From Eledone cirrhosa (lineage: Eukaryota), in contig OZ024741.1 of the NCBI GenBank assembly GCA_964016885.1, forward strand, positions 363,010,001 to 363,074,000: DNA of 64,000 nucleotides, written 5' to 3'. A program made the translations under genes and the position numbers. Under the pieces are notes generated by a model, which saw only the letters and a program-made list of their open reading frames with translations, searched no databases and was not told the origin of the DNA. Shown piece after piece: positions 50,830 to 64,000 of this stretch; position 1 is the stretch's first letter; each line of letters begins with the position of its first letter.

Positions 50830-51850
50830 TGGGTTGCAGCATAGAGTTACAGCCATTTACGGTCTGAGTTCAAATCCCGTAAAGGTTAACTTTGCCTTTC
50901 GATAAAATAAAGTACCAGTAATGCACTGGGATAATTGCTGGCCTTGTGCCAAAAGTAGAAACAATTATATAATAATAACAGACTTTAAAAAAATTAGAAG
51001 ATATGAGGGTATTAACGAACAATACAACAGTGAAAGTATTAATATTGGACAAAATGCCATGTATAGTTAATAATTGTTTCTACTTTTGGCACAAAGCCAG
51101 CAATTACACAGTGCATTACTGGTACTTTATTTTATCGACCCCGTAAGAATGAAAGGCAAAGTTAACCTTGGCAGGATTTGAACTCAGAATATAAAGGGAC
51201 GTAACTATACTAGAAAGCATGGCATCCGACCCTCTACCGATACTGCCAATCCACCGCCTATAGTTAATAATGTTCATCAGAGTTCAATTCCCAGCGACAT
51301 TAACTTTGAACTTCATCCTTCCGGGGTCCATGAAATAATTGTTACTGGTTAAATACTCAAGATAGACATTAAAGTTTAAATGTTCCTACCTGAATTTTCT
51401 TACTAATGCATATTTTTTTAATGAAATGTTGCAGATACGATTATGCTTGAGTTGATGAAATTACTTTTTCCGAAATTCATTGTTATAGAAATGATACTGT
51501 GTTTCTGTAGAAAATCCATGATATTCATTAACAACAAAAAATTGGAAGGCATGATAATATTGACGAACGGAACAGTATACAATTGTGAAAATATGTTATC
51601 AACATAATCTTAATCTACATCATGAAAAACATATTTCTGTAAAATTTCATTAAAAGATATGAATTGTACAAGGACAACAATTTGAAGGGAAAGGGAAAGT
51701 CGATTAAATTGACCCCAGTGTGTGAATTAATGGTACTTTATTTTATCTACCCTGTATGGATGAAAAGCAAAGCTAACCTCAGCGGGATTTGAACTCAGAA
51801 CGTAAAGGGACGTAACTATATGCCGCAAAGCATGTTGTTCGACGCTCTAC
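50830..51850. mobile_element. Cluster of Meta-type SINEs (50830-50967 +, 51072-51258 -, ~51280-51350 +, 51665-51850 -)
   Basis: Same family as 6621-6808. Confidence 0.8.
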
Positions 51851-52367
51851 TGAATTAGAAAGAAAGTTATGAAGAAACAAATCCAGGGAGTGATGTGGTG
51901 GGGGGCAGTAATCTGTAGTTATGTCATCTGTGTTCATTCCTCACAAAAATGTGTTGTATTTGTGGTAGAAATCGTCTCGATGGTAACTCAATAACTCAAA
52001 CGTTGCTGGTTCGACAAAGAACATAAATATTGATTTTAATGCACATTAAAATGGTTTTGAAAAAAGTGAATTTTATTTCGTGATGCAGTTAGAGTTTGAG
52101 AATTTAAAAACCATTATTTCATTAGCAAGTTTTTCGACCCTACTACTTCTCTACTTCTAATCTTTCGCCATTTCCCATTTACAAAATCCTAACCTTTGTG
52201 GAAGCAAAAAGCTTTGCAAAGAGAGGGGTGGGCTGAATACTGTAACATCGCATTGTCTAGAATATTAATCCAAGTAATGAATCTTGTAAACTGTTCTGGT
52301 TCTGATCAGATTTTCAAGCAACAGAAAATTATCAGTACTGTCTTCTATCCAAAATAGTGTACATAGT

Positions 52368-53483
52368 TTAGATGAAAGGGATAGATATGGATTGTTTCAA
52401 GACATTCTTCTTTCGATCAGCCTTGAAATGCAATGGAATTGTTCCAAGTTGTTTACTAGAAGGACTGAAGTTAATGTCCACAACTATCGACATTGTTTTA
52501 GAACGGTGACGTTTCTCGGGTAATATTAAGTGTGGTTTGTCTTTAGAATATTTCTCGTTGGAAGCACACACCACCGAACTTCCAGAGGATGGAACCAACT
52601 CTTTGTTATCCGGGAATGCTTTATCAGTTCTGGGGTTGTTATCCTTGTGGGTCGTTTTATGTTTGCGATTTCTCCAACTGAAAATTGTATCGTGGCAGTC
52701 AACATTAGAAAAGATTTTGTCTTTTCTCAAATGTGTTTCAACACTGTATCCATCGCGTCTTTCTTTGCCGACATGCCGATCTTCCGTTGAAATCAACCTA
52801 GTATTGCGGCCGCCCGTTACACCTGAAAACTTGTTGTTATTAATATCGCATATAGTGTTCGCTTTGATCGCTAACTTATAATCGTTGTTTGTATCAAAAA
52901 TTCCTGCCTCTTGCAAACTGGTTGCCACAGTCGAATGGTCATAAAATTGTTTCATTTGGTTACGCTCAGTAGCAACGTCTGTCTTATGTTGTCTCGGAAG
53001 TTTCGTTTTGCGGCGAACTGTACAAACATTTCGAAACCGATCATCATCGGCTTGCACATTCTCTGAAATATTTGCTTTCTTTTCCCTAACCAGATTACCA
53101 TTCTGTATATTTGTATTCAAGCACGAAGAATATATGTTTTTGTTGAAATGTCTTCCAGTTAGCGGCGTCTGTGTATTATCTTGGATTTGAAGACAGTTAA
53201 AATATTTTATAAGTTCTTTAACACTGATTTGGGAGTGGAAATATTTTGGGCTCAACATGACCCTGTCCCTGTGCGAAGCAGCGCAATAACAATTGTCATC
53301 ACAACACGGTATGCCACCTAAATTAAGCTCACTTGGCGGGTCTCTTTGGACTTGAGGGTGTTGAGTTTTTCGAGGTGTGTTCAATGGAGTTTTATAACAA
53401 GAATCGGCGCTATCACTACAATCTGAAAAGATATCACCATCAGCACAGAGTGTTGGGATGCTTCGATTTTCGTTTGACTTCAT
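52368..53483 (-). CDS. Uncharacterised 371-aa ORF, probable host-gene exon
   Basis: 1116-nt open frame in AT-rich DNA, not repeated in the window, no TE motif; possible acceptor tttatag 4 nt before the ATG. Confidence 0.55.
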   Translation of the reverse strand: MKSNENRSIPTLCADGDIFSDCSDSADSCYKTPLNTPRKTQHPQVQRDPPSELNLGGIPCCDDNCYCAASHRDRVMLSPKYFHSQISVKELIKYFNCLQIQDNTQTPLTGRHFNKNIYSSCLNTNIQNGNLVREKKANISENVQADDDRFRNVCTVRRKTKLPRQHKTDVATERNQMKQFYDHSTVATSLQEAGIFDTNNDYKLAIKANTICDINNNKFSGVTGGRNTRLISTEDRHVGKERRDGYSVETHLRKDKIFSNVDCHDTIFSWRNRKHKTTHKDNNPRTDKAFPDNKELVPSSGSSVVCASNEKYSKDKPHLILPEKRHRSKTMSIVVDINFSPSSKQLGTIPLHFKADRKKNVLKQSISIPFI

Positions 53484-53743
53484 TGCTCTATAAATTATTA
53501 ATGATTATAAAATGTCTTTAAACTGTTTTCCTGAGTTTATAGTTGAAAAAAAAAATTTAAAAAGGGGGACGAATCTTCAATGAAGCAACCTTTCTTTAAG
53601 GAAAATATTGCAATATATAATAATTTGTAACAATAGTTTAATGACGAAATTATTGTAAAAACACTAAAATGGATAAACCAAGAGAATTAATATGTAGGTA
53701 ATCAGTTATCAGCGTGGGGGTATTAGCGTTTCCATGAGACTCT

Positions 53744-53777
<34 letters not shown>

Positions 53778-54518
53778 CAAATTGTTCAAATAATTGCTTT
53801 TTGCTGGACAGACAATATTTTGTGATACATAAAACGTTGAAAGTTTCAAATGAGATTATAAGTTTTAAAATTTCCGTTAAAATTACATTTACGTCACACA
53901 ACACATAGGTAGGTGTACGTGATAGAAAGTGTACTTGTGTGCATTATTGTCTAAGGAGGAGGAAGGGGAGGTGGAAAGAAAGAAGATGAATGTGTGAGGA
54001 AAAATAGAAAATAGACTATACTGTCAATATTCTTGATGTGAAATCGTGTTTTGAAATAGCTATTCTTATATTTGGGAAGGTCATGTTGCCTATAATTTCT
54101 TTATTTATTTGAACAGATATCTAAACACGCTTCCTTTTTGTATCGGTCGCCGTCGAGACCTCAGGTGTCCTCGGTCCCACGCTGCTACTTTTCTTCGTAA
54201 AATCGTTAAGACAGCAACCCGCCCGAGGAAAGAATCCTGTTGGTGGGGGTGGCTGTTGCAACGGGTGTAGCTGGCCATTCTTGGTAGCAATTCATTTTCC
54301 ATTCTATCCGCGGGGCGCAGCTGAAACACTGCTTAGACTGGGGTGTAGAGTCGTTCCCTCGCTCTCCACCTTTGTTTACTGCTTAATTCCTTCTTTCTTA
54401 CTCCTTTTTTGTTTTTGTTCATGTCCTTATTGTCATGTATATTGTACAGTTTTTTACTACTGGATATATTTTGTATTGCAATAAATTGTACTTGATAAAG
54501 TTTGAACAGATATGCAAT

Positions 54519-54698
54519 AATTGTTTCAACTTTTGGCACAAGTCCAGCAATTATCCCAGTTCATTATTTGTGCTTTATTTTATCGACCCCGTAAGGATGA
54601 AAGGCAAACTTAACCTCAGCGGGATTTGAACTCAGATCATAAATGGCCGTAACTCTTTGCTGCAAAGCATGGTGTCCGACCCTCTACCGATACTGCCA
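54519..54698 (-). mobile_element. Meta-type SINE
   Basis: Same family as 6621-6808. Confidence 0.85.
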
Positions 54699-54839
54699 AA
54701 GTATATTTTAAACTGTTTCTAAAGGGAGGAGGCAAACTCTACAGCCTTGGCTGGGCGATTCTCACAACCAACCTCACTACGTTGAAAAAGAATGACGGAG
54801 ATTATATGGCCCATCGAAGGGGCAATATGGCCCATCGAA

Positions 54840-55680
54840 GGGTCTTTATGCCAAAATAACCTTCACGTTAGTTGTAGGGGGACCTCATGAAGGATCTGCA
54901 CCCATCCAACTTGGAGTATGTTAAATGAGGATGTGACCCTCAAGTTCTAGCCAGAGATATCACTTTGCCTGCCTCCAATGAGAACATGATAGCTTCCCTA
55001 AAATCCTTCCCATGAGATTGCCTTTTGATGTCTAGTATCCAGGCGACATGTTACTAGGTGGCTATGTTGAGCCTGTCTTTGACGACCTTCATAATATCAT
55101 CTCAAACCTATCCCTCATTGGTCTTGAAATTAACCCATCCAAGTCTGAGGTGAACTACAACGAAGCTCAATATGAAGATGCTGTACTCAACAGCTCGTGA
55201 CTGAAATGTGTCTAACCCTGGGGGATGATGCCTACATTCTCAGCTCTCCAATCCTCTTAAAAGCCATATGAGAGTATCTGGAGGCCAAATAAGCTGGTGA
55301 AGATATTAAACATTGCTCCTCATCGTGCACATTCAATGCTTTCTCTCCTGAAAAACTGTTTCACCTTACCAGAATTTTTCTTCATGCTGTGTGGTGCACC
55401 TTGACACCATCACACATTACCTCAACGAACTTGACACTACCATGCTGAACTCATCTGTAATGTTAGTTTCAACACTACCAGCCTAGTTATCTTCTATCAT
55501 CTCCATTTACACACCCATCTACAAGGTTCTTTGTAAGTTGTCAGAAAGGTGTAGACCAGGAATTTGTGTCAGCTCTGGTTTTTGGGGTTGACAATGGCCT
55601 TACCATCTTCCAGGATGCAGGTTACCAACATAACTGGGATGACATTAAGCACAGGTCAACCTTCATGTAGATTGAGTCTT
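54840..55680 (+). pseudogene. Decayed CRE-clade reverse transcriptase
   Basis: Fragments PIQLGV, IGLEINPSKSEV, ILSSPI, AHSMLSLLKNCFTLPEFFFML. Confidence 0.55.
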
Positions 55681-56339
55681 CCCTGAAGCATTGCCACAGG
55701 TGATAGTGAAGCTGAAATGCTGAAATAACCAAACACCCTCACGATCATCACTTGATACTTAAGTAAGGCAAGCTGCCAATGATGACAAACTTCATTGTCA
55801 GCAGACCAGCTCCCCCAAATGACGCAAATGCCACAAACTGAAAAAAAGATTCTTTGCTGATAATTCCTGGTATTTTAGACTTTATTCTGTTCAGCTGAGG
55901 ATATAATGATCAAGAAATAAAAGAAAAGAAGCCAGTTGAGAGATCTGACCAAGGAAGCAATGCTGCTATTGATTTATCTATTGCTAATACTGATAGAAGA
56001 AAGTAAGCGAAAGGAGGAAAAATAAAGTTGGCTTTGAAGATTAAAGTGAATATACATGGAAAAACAAATACAAAAACAACAATCAGACTGCATACTCTCA
56101 GTTAATTTTATAAAGTAGTGTATCATTTCTTGCATTGGCAGAAGGTCTCAAATTTTGGGAAAGAGGACATTCCATTATAGTTCATATTACTTGACTGGTA
56201 ATTTATTTTATCAAACCCAGAAAAATAAAATTTTGTCAGATTGAATTGGAACACCAAATATTTTAATGATATTATAGATACAATGAAGCAGAGCATAAAC
56301 TATCAATAGGAAAACGGTGTTACTTTGAACAAATCATAG

Positions 56340-58916
56340 TCAAAAATAAAATTTCTTGACCAGAAAAAAGTTTTTTAATGGATTGTCAATTAATGAAGAT
56401 AAAGTCAATATGGTAAACAATATGAAATCTTCATCACATGCCAGTGAGATTAAAAGCTTTCTTACCTTTGTAAATTTTTGTGGAAGGTTTATAAAAAAAA
56501 ATGTCTCTTCAAAAACATATCTACTCTCAGAATTAGTTAAGAGTGGTGCTAGATTCAAGTGGTGATTTAAGGAAAAAGACTCTTTCTAAGTTTGGAAAAA
56601 TCAAATAGCCTATTCAACAAATATAGCCATTTTAAAACTGAAAATACATACAATTGTAGCTGATACTAAACCTGTAGGATTAGCTGTTCTTATACAAAAA
56701 GATGGAAGTTTTGAAAGAATTGTTTGTTATGTACTGTTGAACAACAGTATTCACAAATGAAGAAGGAAACTTTAGCAGTAGTGTGGGCTTGCAAACATTT
56801 CCAGAAGTGTATTATTTATGGCATGGATTTTGAATTAAGAACAAATCAAAAACTATTTCTTTATATTTATGTTTCATGTTCAAAACTATCATCCTGTGTA
56901 GAGAGGTGGAAATTTCAACTGCAGTCATATAAATTTAAGATTTGTCTTACAAAGGGCGAATGTAATATATGGTTGACAGTTCAAAATGAGACTGTAAGTG
57001 ATAATGCTGAGGAATATATATATTTCATTGCTGAAAATTGCAAACCATGTGCTCTTGATATTCAAAACATTGAAAAAGGGTGTGCTAATGAGACTGATAT
57101 GGCTGTTTTACAAAATGATATTCACCATAATACTTGGTCTTTGTTACCAGTTGAATATAATGTGTAAAGGATATACTTGCTTGTCTTGGAAGCTAATTTT
57201 ACAGAAAAGTCGTTTTGTGATTGCTTTAAAATTGAGAAAAACAAGTTCTAGATTTGGTGCATGAAACACCAAGGAATTGTGAAAACAAAGCAAATATTGC
57301 AAACTAAGGTGTTGTGGTTTGGAATTGATAAAAACTGTGAGAACCTAATAAAAAGATTAAAATGGTGCATTATGGTTACACTCATATCATTCCGAACTAG
57401 TCATTATGTCATTATTATCAAAACAACCATGATCTTCTTTGGGTATTGATATACTTGGACTAATGTTGAATGGAACAAATGTATTATGTATTGTTCACTA
57501 TTACAACCATTGTGCAGAGTTGAAAATTCTAAACGGATTAAAAACATAAAATATATTCTTTTTCTTCTTTTTCCTCCTCCTCCTTCTTCGTCCACTTGTT
57601 CCTGAGAGGGTCATGAGGGCAGAGTCCTCAAACACCCCTTCCAGCAGGTCCTGTCAGAAGCAATCATCTCCAACTGATCCAGCTGGATCCCCAAGTGAGA
57701 CCAGCCAATCTCATGGATATTACCCAACCATCTTGTTTGGGGTCTACCTCTGGGTCTCTTGCCAATTGGTTTTACCCATAAAATCTGTCCAGCAATTCTT
57801 TCCAGAGAAATTCTAATCATATGCCCATAGTATCAAAGCTGTGATCTCTCAATTCAGAGAAGGAGCAGCTCTACTTGGAGAGTGCATTCTACATGTGAAT
57901 CAAATATATAGATGTTTCTAATCTTTGAAAGAAATCTGAACAAGTAATGAGTATCCTATAAGTATACATACTGACAATGATCATCAGTTTACCATCACTG
58001 AATTAAAAAATAAGATTTGTGGAATTTATCATTATTTTGTAAGTCTATATTGGCCTCAGGTAAATTGTGAAGTTGACAGACAAGCCGTAGTCTGTTGACT
58101 AATTAAAAATAACATGCAAAGAGGATTAATCTAACTTATGACATAAATAACTACTTAATGTTTTATCAATTTACTCCTCATGTTATTACAAGACATATAC
58201 CATTTTTTTCTTTTAAATAGATGAAAGAAAACAAAACTGCTTGGTTATGCATGTTTGACAGAGTTACAAATTCCAGTACCAGATGTGAACTATTTAGAAT
58301 GTTGTTGATGAAGATAGTGTGACAATGATACACAGCTAAACCGAAAGTTAAAGATTATATTGACAATAGAAGGCAAGCAGTTAAACAAGAGTAAAAGGAA
58401 GATGGTTCTGTATAACATGTGGTGGGGTAAACTTAAACCAACTTATATAGAAATGATGAACATTTTGTAATTGATACCAATGAAAGAGTTATGTCTGATG
58501 GACCAATTATAAAAAGGAATTCTTTACATGTGACTAAAATTCTCTCTGAGTTCAAACAAAAATTTACAAATAAATCAATGAAACCTGAACATCCTATTTG
58601 AGAACAGAGACAGCCTAAGAGATATGATGATTATATAACCTAAATTGTTTCACTGTTGTATCTGTGACGTTTGTGCTCTATTATTCAATTTAATAGTTCA
58701 TGTTATTCTCTCTTTGTGTTGGCAGTATCGGTAGAGGGTCGGACGCCATGCTTTGACGCATAGAGTTACGGTCCTTGCCATTCTGAGTTCAAATCCCGCC
58801 GAGGTTAACTTTGCCTTTCATCCTTACGGGGTCGATAAAATAAAGTACCAGTAATGTACTGGATAATTGCTGGCCTTGTGCCAATAGTAGAAACAATTAT
58901 TTTTAGAAGGAGAGAT
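56340..58916 (+). pseudogene. Heavily decayed gypsy pol (RT end, RNase H, integrase) with a LINE 3' fragment (57570-57890) and a SINE (58718-58900) inserted
   Basis: SFLTFVNFCGRFI, YSQMKKETLAVVWAC, HQGIVKTK, TDNDHQF, WPQVNCEV; PPT-like AGAAGGAGAGA-TGT near 58905. Confidence 0.75.
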
Positions 58917-59380
58917 GTAGTGTTTGTTAATTGTTATATATATATATATATATATATTTGGCTTTTGATATTGATACTAAATAATATTCTCAGATTTATT
59001 TTTTATTATAACTATAATGTATGAGTTGAAACAATAGCTGGGAAAATAGAAAAATTATGTGAGCATATATTACATACCAGTGTTTAACACAACTTAGCAC
59101 GCCATTGACAACTTAAATTGTCAGAGTAATCTCCCCCTGTAGCTACAGACGCATTTTGTCGCCTTGGAAACCCTTTACCATAAAATACTGTCAAAGGTTG
59201 TTTCTCGTATTTTAAACTGGTAACAGCATAGCTTCGATTCAGGACGAGGCTAAACTTTCATTTTCCAACGTCATTTTAATTTTTTTTTCATTCAACACGT
59301 TTGTAAACAGTTGTAGACGAAGGAGAAGTTTGTTTGTTTGGATTTTTGAAAATGACGACTACTATGAAAGAACGATTTTG

Positions 59381-59500
59381 GGCACTACAACGCTATTAGC
59401 TGTCAGTTGAAAGCAGCCGATGAAAGCAAAACATCGTTTATTTCCGTATTACTACCACGCGTAAGTGGAGTTACTTAAATGAATTTTATTTTTTTCACGC

Positions 59501-59539
<39 letters not shown>

Positions 59540-60311
59540 AAAGCATATAGATGTAAGTGGAGTTAAATGAAAATATAGGTGGCCCTTAAAAGGGCCAAAT
59601 TAGAAAACAAATTTAAGTTAATTAGAAAACAAGTCATGGTTATCAAATAAATTGGATTTAATCATTAATATTTTCATAGTCATGGTTATTAATGTAGAAA
59701 ACAAGTCATTTTCACCAAGAGTGGAGTTAACTTAAATGAAAATATAGGTGGCCCTTAAAAGGGCCAAATTAGAAAATATGGTTATCAAATTTTTTTCACC
59801 AACCCTTTATGAAGAAATGTTTAGAAAACAAATTTTTTTCACCAACCTTATTCAAAAGCATGAATACAGTCCACATGGAGACAAGAGACAGTCCCCATGG
59901 AGATTGATGGTATCTGCTGTAGTAGCGGTAGCGATGGAAAGATCGCGATTGTTAATTCCATTAACAATTTGGCCCTTTTAAGGGCCACCTATATTTTCAT
60001 TTAAGTTAACTCCACTGTTGGTGAAAATGACTTGTTTTCTACATTGATAACCATGACTATGAAAATATAAATGATTAAATCCAATTTATTTGATAACCAT
60101 GACTTGTTTTCTAATTAACTTAAGTTTGTTTTCTAATTTGGCCCTTTTAAGAGCCACCTATATTTTCATTTAAGTAACTCCACTTACATCGATATGCTTT
60201 AATAAAAAAAATATAAAAAACGCGTGAAAACTCCACTTACGCGTGGTAGTAATACGGAAATAAACGATGACGAATGACGTCACCTTCGCCTGTTAATAGC
60301 GTTGTAGTGCC
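59381..60311. repeat. Large foldback (inverted repeat) with internal subrepeats
   Basis: 59381-59780 mirrors 59965-60311; repeated GGTGGCCCTTAAAAGGGCC and GTGGAGTTA motifs. Confidence 0.85.
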
Positions 60312-61676
60312 TGATTTTGTGGAAGAAATCTTTACGGATTCTGATTAGGATGATGAATTTTTAGGATTTATGCAAGCCGATATTGATGGTGAAGTAGTAG
60401 AATATGATAGCGATGCTCTGGAAAGCAATGTACCGAGTGGGTACGCTAATCCTTGCGATTTTCTTGTTTTTATGTTTTTTTTTTATTTTTAAATATTAAG
60501 AGATACATGCAGAACATAATACATTACGTCAAAATATTGCTCATGCATCACTTTATTAACATAGAAAGAACAAAATCTGCACACAAAATATAAAGAAAGT
60601 TATAATAATTTAAAAACAGGGTGCTTATAATTTTTTCTGCCCGCAAAATAATGCCATGTCAGGGGAAACAATTCAAAAAAATTACTGGTCCTACATCAGA
60701 AATATATTAATATAAAATAACAAAGTATAATATTTTTTTTTAAAAAGGAGGTAATGAGAAGGAGGGAAAAGGGTACTCCCTAAAATTGTAGTTTGTCCGC
60801 AAAGCCTTTGTGAAATACTTTTATTCAAAAATTAAATTATTTAATGTGATTTAAGAATATTTCAACTATGTCCTATTTAAAACGTGGAATGGTCATTCCT
60901 TGTTTTGTTCAATGCAAGACCTCAAGATAAACACTATTGTTTATTTTGTCCAGCGTTGTTGACACCTATAAAATAAACTTGCATATATTTATCCTTATGA
61001 GGTCGATGAAATAAAGTACCAGTTATGCCCTGGGGCCGATTTAAACACCACCACCACCACCCCACCCCCCACCCCCCAAAAAGGGGGAAAAATTCCGTTC
61101 CTTGTGCCTATAGTAGAAATCATTATTTTCTCTCATTTTGAAAGTCATAATAAATATAAAAAAAAACATTATTAAACAACTAACAAACACGTGTACATAT
61201 TACTAGTGTTGCTTCGTTGTTGATTGTGACGTCGTAATTGCAAGCGTTTAAATTATATTGTCAGAATTTCGTTTGGAGATTGAGCGAATAAAACTCAAAA
61301 AGTAGTCGAGCGTTGGAATTCAAAATTCCATCTGAAATTGTAAGTTCATTTTTATTAAACGGTGATGCTCGCGTAGTTGCTTCGTTATTCCCGTGGCAAT
61401 GCTACAGGTGTGTTGGTTCACCTAAAACAATTATTAGAAAGATCCTGCGCGGCCAATTGTGGTGTGATTAAGTGTGCGTGATTTCTCCCAGTTATATATA
61501 TGCTGTAAAATTGAGGGGTAGAGAGCGGTCCTGAATCCAGTAAGACATTCTCTCTAGTGCTGGTGGCACGAATAAAAGCACCCGGTCCATGCTGTAAAGT
61601 GGTGCTGGTGTTAGGAAGGACATCCAACCAGTATATATACTACTACCAAAAACTATGAGTACAACAAATGAATATA

Positions 61677-64000
61677 TCATCATCATCATCATCATCATCA
61701 TTTTACGTCCGCTTTTCCCTGCTTGCAAGGGTTGGACGGGTCCTATTCAGCACAGCATCTCTCCACTTGTCACGGTCCTTCATCATCTCGGTGACGAAGC
61801 ACCGTGACATATCTGAGGTCTGCTCTCACCACCTCCGCCCATGTTTTTCGTGGTCTACCTCTATTGCGTCTTCCTTCTACGAGGATTTCTTGGCACTTCT
61901 TTACCCAGTGGTCATCCTTCGTGCGCATCACATGTCCATACCATCTCAGCCTTCTCTCCTGCACACCACAATTTATCCCTCTCATACCCAGTTTCTTTCT
62001 CAACTCGTCTATGCTTGGTCGTTCACGCACATTGACATTACACATCCAACGGAGCATACTTCCTTCATTTCTCTCCAGCCGTCGCATATCCTCTGCAGTT
62101 GCTACCCATGTATCACTTCCATGCAGCATCTTGCTCCTCATGCAGGCATCATATAACCGTCCTTTCGTACGCAGAGAGGAACCCTTCTTTGTCAACAGAG
62201 GAAGCAGCTCCCTAAACTTCTTCCAACCCGTCCTTATTCTAGATACTATGGCCTCGGAACACCCCCCTTCCATGCTAATCTGATCTCCTAGGTACCGGAA
62301 GCTATCAACCACTTCTATAGAACCCACCCGCATTGGAAAAATGTGTCTATCACTGCGATTACTACTGTCAACTTTCCCTGTACATCTACTGCATACGTAT
62401 TTCTCCCTACCTGTTAGTTTGCCTGCTATCCCACTACATCTCTTGTGTACCCAAGATCTGCATTGCGTACATTTTATGGAATTTATGCCAGTTCCTTTTC
62501 TACATATCGGAGATGGCAATTTCCTTGATGGAATCAGAGTATTGTCCTCTCTTCTACTTATCAATACTTTTGTCTTGGCTATGTTCACTCTCAGTCCTCT
62601 TGATTCCAACTGCTCTTTCCATAGCCAGAATATATTCTCTAGCTCCTCTACTGATTCTGCTATAAGAACCAGATCATCAGCATAGAAAAGTTCCCATGGG
62701 CATCCAGTTTTAAACTCCTCTGTTATGGCTTGGAGAACTAAAAGGAACAAGAGCTGGCTGAGGACCGAACTCTGATGTACACCTATTTGTATCTGGAATT
62801 CCTCACTAAACTCCATTCCTACTCTCACTTTACTGACAGCACCCCTGTACATAGCTTGCACTGTCCTCACAAGCTATTCCTCTACACCTAGTTTCCTTAG
62901 GGACCACCAGATGACAGATCGGGGTACCCTATCAAAGGCCATCTCTAAGTCAACAAAAGCTAAGTATAGTGGCTTATTCTTCTCTAAGAACCTCTGTTGT
63001 AGTTGCCTCACTGAGAAGAGAGCATCTGTTGTACTTTTCCGAGGCACAAAACCAAACTGGATCTCATCTAATTTGACCATTTCTCTAATCAGTTGCGCTA
63101 ATATTCTCTCTGCCACTTTCATAACCTGATCCATCAGCTTTATGCCCCTATAATTGCTCCTCTCTAGAGCATCCCCTTTACCTTTGTAGCAATTTATGAG
63201 AATACTGCTGCACCAGTCTTTGGGTATGACACCACCATATATAGCTTCATTGATGATGCGTGCAACCAGTTTAGTGCCTACTTCTCCTGATGCCTTCAGC
63301 ATCTCAGCAACTATCCCCGACGGTCCAGCAGCCTTACCATTCTTCATTTCCTTAATTGCCTCTTGTACCCTATATTCGTCAATTTCAATAGCTGGTCCCT
63401 CTGTCGGGTCTACTGGGGTAATTTCTCTCTCTCCCATTCGTTCTCTACATTCATCAGTCTCTCATAATGACATTTCCAGGCCTCCTTTTTTTGATCATTC
63501 GTGACACTAAGTACACCGGCATCATTCCGGACACACGTATTTCCAACAACATCCTGATTTGTACTGACACACTGCCTTGTAATGCGGAACACCGCACGTC
63601 TCTGATCTTCCCGTCGCAGAACATTGGCAAATCTCCTACTCTCAACCTCCCTGCCTGCTAAGTACATCAGACGTCTAGCTTCTCTCTTAGCGGCTGTGTA
63701 TCCTTCTCTACTCCCACCGTTTTTCCAAGCCTTCCATGCCAGTCTTTTGTCTCTAGTGGCCCTATCTACCGTGCTGTTCCACCACCAGGTCACTCTCTGT
63801 CTGGTTGAAGCTCTGCTTCAGTAGCCTGCAGTAAGCAGTTTCTTCAGTAGCCTGCAGTAAGCAGTTTCTTCAGTAGCCTGCAGTAAGCTGTCACGCAAGA
63901 AATTCCAGTTATCATCTATGTCATGCGATTCTAAATCGTCTTCCTTTTCGTCATACACTTCTTGAAGGGCTTTGCTAAATTTATATTTTAATGCAAGGTC
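61677..64000 (-). mobile_element. RTE family 1 LINE copy, disrupted; continues beyond the window
   Basis: Homologous to 44429-46680, with a stop, frameshifts and a 26-bp triplication at 63816-63888. Confidence 0.95.

Noticed and set aside
58718-58810. tRNA gene
   Set aside because: tRNA-like head of a SINE continuing into the Meta-type core; no intact cloverleaf

Overview
Animal genomic DNA, AT-rich, dense in microsatellites and transposons. The SINE families and (TA)n density suggest an octopus (inference). Host genes: five spliced coding exons of a CEP128-like gene on the minus strand (9835 to 924), which the ORF track misses, and an unassigned 371-aa ORF (52368-53483). The rest is mobile DNA: a CsRN1-type Ty3/gypsy LTR element with a non-coding LTR parasite nested inside it, two large Penelope-like elements (PLEs) with inverted pLTRs, one intact RTE LINE ORF plus many truncated copies, Helitrons, CRE-clade remnants, SINEs and MITEs. 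The main hidden signal is a population of about 13 type I hammerhead ribozyme motifs from about 7 sequence families, folded by eye. Many sit in small palindromic, non-coding PLE-type modules inside (TA)n tracts. One module has a hammerhead on both strands and one motif has a compensatory U3:A8 core. Other oddities are a ~32-nt tRNA-Trp-derived primer-binding site and a PHD finger inside the RTE reverse transcriptase. No database search or folding program was run; family assignments rest on remembered motifs.
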